Shown here one piece after another: positions 61,033 to 64,000 of a stretch of DNA of 64,000 bases. Location of the stretch: contig OU015566.1 in NCBI GenBank assembly GCA_907165135.1, positions 9,176,001 to 9,240,000 on the forward strand, read 5' to 3'. The stretch's first letter is position 1. Each line of letters begins with the position of its first letter. Made by a program: the position numbers and the translations under genes. The DNA comes from Oikopleura dioica (Eukaryota; Animalia; Chordata). A model generated the notes under the pieces. The model had not been told where the DNA came from. It saw nothing but the letters and a program-made list of their open reading frames with translations, and did no database searches.

Positions 61033-62574
61033 ATGTCGTCGACAGCGCAGATGGAGGAAGAATTGGCCCTCGTTTCGGTGAACGAATCGAATTCAGCCAC
61101 TTACGATATTCTCCTAAAAATAATGGCTCTTGGGGACACGGGCGTCGGTAAAAGCTGCTTTCTTGTACAGGTACTGTTGCGGGAAAATGAGTTTATCACG
61201 GCTTCAATGGTTACTTTTAGTATGTTGAAGGGAGATTTATGATGAAATATGTGACTACAGTTGGTGTCGACTTTTTTCTCCGAAAACTGGTAAGCGATGA
61301 TGATAAAAGCAAAACAGTTTATTTCATCTTACAGACATACGAACATTCCGACTGGGAGAAAGAAGTACAAGTCCAACTATGGGACACAGCCGGCCAAGAG
61401 CGCTACAGAAGTCTAACCCGTGCTTTTTACGAGATGGGATGGGGTTTTTACTCCTCTTTGATCTCACAAACATCGAGAGCTTTAGGCATACTGAATCATG
61501 GATAGGTAAGTTGCTCTTGGAAATAAATTAGCTAAAGTGTTTTCAGAGGAAATAAGAGAAAAGACAATTTGCGAAGATCCAGATATTATCCTCGTCGGGA
61601 ATAAATCCGATATGGAAGATAAACGCCAAGTGCCTCGTTCTGCCGCGATCAGCCTCGCTGAAGCACACAAGTAAGTCGTCTTTTGTACAGTGAAAATGCT
61701 GTTTATTAGGATCATAGTTTTGAGCTTGAATTGGGAGTAAGTGTGTGCGAAATCTTCCTCGTTGCAATTTTTAGCTCGATAATTTCTTTTGACGAGCTGA
61801 ATCGATCGAGCATTTCCAAAATTTTCTCAATTTTCATGGAGATTGCATTATCTAGTCGATGTCTTCGGCGCTCAGATTCATCGATAAATGCTTGTGCTCG
61901 ATTCTGTTGACTTGTTCGATGCAAATTTTCAATGACATTTCTGTCGAACAAAGTTGACGAAAAAAACTCGTAGTCAAGGAAGTAACACTCCAGCATATTT
62001 TCAACGGAGTCTTCGAACAGTTGAAAGAGCTGGTTAAATTGTCTCGCTTTTTGGGTCTGAATTTCTACTGATGGATTCAAAAATGCTCAAAATATTATCA
62101 TAAACAAATAAGGGAATCCCAAGTCTAATTTATTCAATTCTTCAATTTGCGCTTCAAGAGTTCCAATCAAAGACAAAAGACCTTTTCCAAATTCCGACTG
62201 GTTGAAAATATTCAGTTCAAAAGCTTCTGTTTTATTTTCTCTTTCCGACATTTTTATCTTTTGCCAATTTTAATTTTCTTTTGAGTGAGCTCATTTTTAT
62301 TTGCTTTACGCGCTCACACTTTTAGATTACCATATTTTTCAGTATTCCATACATCGAAACATCCGCTGCGACGGGAGAAAATGTCCAACTTGCTGTAAAC
62401 TTACTTTTGCACAGAGTGATGCAGAGGCTCAAAAAGTACATGCGCGACATCAGATATAACTACGAAGAAGAGGTAACGAATCAGGACCCCACATTTTTTA
62501 TGATATTTTAGGAGATCAACCTGAACCAAGAATCGTCCTCATGCTCATTGTGCTCAAAAACAACGACACAGTAA
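61033..62574 (+). CDS. RAB27: Rab27 small GTPase; apparent 1-bp frameshift in a T-run
   Basis: Exons 61033-61170, 61221-61289, 61335-61505, 61547-61670, 62343-62472 and 62512-62574. They encode YDILLKIMALGDTGVGKS, TTVGVDF, QLWDTAGQERYRSLT, RDGMGFLLLFDLT, CEDPDIILVGNKSD and PYIETSAATG. One extra T is needed at 61424-61428 to stay in frame. Confidence 0.88.
61712..62250 (-). CDS. Putative antisense gene nested in Rab27 intron 4 (helical/coiled-coil-like)
   Basis: An open frame of about 120 codons (61712-62067) joins in phase across a GA-AG intron (62118-62068) to an upstream exon (EAFELNIFNQSEFGKGLLSLIGTLEAQIEELNKLDL). The ATG at 62250 is in frame only if one base is added in the A-run near 62230. 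Confidence 0.45.
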
Positions 62575-64000
62575 TCCTCAATCATCCTTTTTTTTCTTTG
62601 CCGTTTGCCATCAGCATTATTATTTTAAATTCGAAGCTCCTGTTCATTGTAAAATTTCACTTCACGACCTCAAATAAAAAACTAAAGAAAGAAAGATGAA
62701 GAAGGAGAACAGACCTGATCAACAGTAAAGTCGTCGAATTATTCCCATATACAGTCCTTACGCACAATTCCGGAACTTTTTTTTCCAGCGAAAATGGCAA
62801 AATGTCCGGAATTGTACGGATTTTCGAGATAAAATTTTTCTCCTCTCAAAAAATCTGTTTTATGGGGCCATGCTCAAAATGGCCTTTTCTGATGGACATC
62901 ACTGACTTCTTTGACCATTTGTGATTCTTATAATACAGTTTTTTCCTTTTTTGTGGACCACAATTTTGTGGACATTTTGTTCATTATAAGGGGTTTTTGA
63001 GGGTCACTTTTGCAAGGATAATGTTCCACTTTTGTGGACATTTGTCCAGCCGAGAAAATTTAAGAGGAAGAAACAGAGTGTTATTTTTCTTTAATCAGGA
63101 TGTTTTTGTATATACACGCATAACAGATATGGTGAGAGGAATATTCCCGAGCACGCGCGATAACTTATACTATGGGAGACTCTTAGCAGCCTTAGAGTCA
63201 AGATGAGAGAAAGTACCTCTCTGTCAAACCTTAGAAGAATCGCTCAATTTCTACGAAAGGTCGAAAAAATCGAGAAGCTCACTTTGTCTGAAATTGTCTG
63301 AAACGAGCGAAAAAGAAACCTGTTTGTGAAATTCGTGCAAAAATAGAACGTTGATTGCTTTGAACTTGAATTGGGATTAAAATTCGATTCATTTTTAAAT
63401 ACAGTAATCAGGAGAGACTTCAAAAAGAACAGGGATCCTACTAAAACCTGTGTTTCCAATAACCTTTTGGTTGACAAGCTCGTCTCCTTCAAAGTCGAGT
63501 CGTTGAATTGCATTAGGACTTAAGTCGCCTGCGACGATGAAAATTGAATTTCTGATCATAATTGCAGATCCATAATCGTCAGCCTTAATTGAAATTGGTT
63601 TTATAAATATTTCGAAAATTTACGTATTGAAGGTCGCCAATTTTATTCCAGTTGTTGTTTTTGAGAAGCCAGATTCGTTTTTGTTTAATCCATTTATAAC
63701 TTATCCATCTTCCTCCTCCAGCAAGCAAAAGATTTCCACTTGGTAAGCCCATCAAAACATGATGGCTTATTTCACTAAAAGATTTTTTAAAATGAATTAT
63801 TTCAAAAAATTACACCGGGAAATCGGCTAAAGACGACCAGCCATGAGAATTCAGAGTCTCCACTTTATTCGCAGCATCGCTAAGAGAACTTCCAACAGTT
63901 ATTGGTTTCCCTTTATAGAAACCAAGCTTGCCCCCGCTATGCGAAACTTTGGTCCCATGTGTTGAACTCGAAGTTTCCCCATCAAAAATTTCACATTTCT

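Overview
Eukaryotic, AT-rich genomic DNA with many short spliceosomal introns. Most entries in the six-frame ORF track are not real genes. The chordate-like proteins, tiny introns and frequent GA/GC/GG splice donors suggest a larvacean tunicate (Oikopleura-like); this is inference. Genes rebuilt exon by exon: the 5' part of an hnRNP A1-like gene (-), a hypothetical multi-exon gene (-, weak C9orf72 resemblance) with a nested hAT/TTAA transposon stack in one intron, a Shab/Kv2 potassium channel (+), a small putative secreted protein (+), a single-Ig type I membrane protein (+), a GABA-A beta-like Cys-loop receptor (+), and Rab27 (+) with a probable antisense gene in one intron. There are three tRNAs (Tyr with intron, Lys, Asp) and several non-autonomous TIR elements. 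Main observation: in the Kv2 and GABA-receptor genes, where conservation fixes the junctions, about 12 introns have non-GT donors or no canonical ends (GA-AG, GC-AG, GG-AG, AA-AG, and one with neither end canonical). Most carry a 6-12 bp inverted repeat that starts about 4-7 nt inside the 5' end and stops about 5-7 nt before the 3' end. This suggests a structure-guided splice-site system and/or transposon-derived intron gain. One such intron still looks like a TTAA-targeted element. All alignments and base pairings were done by eye.
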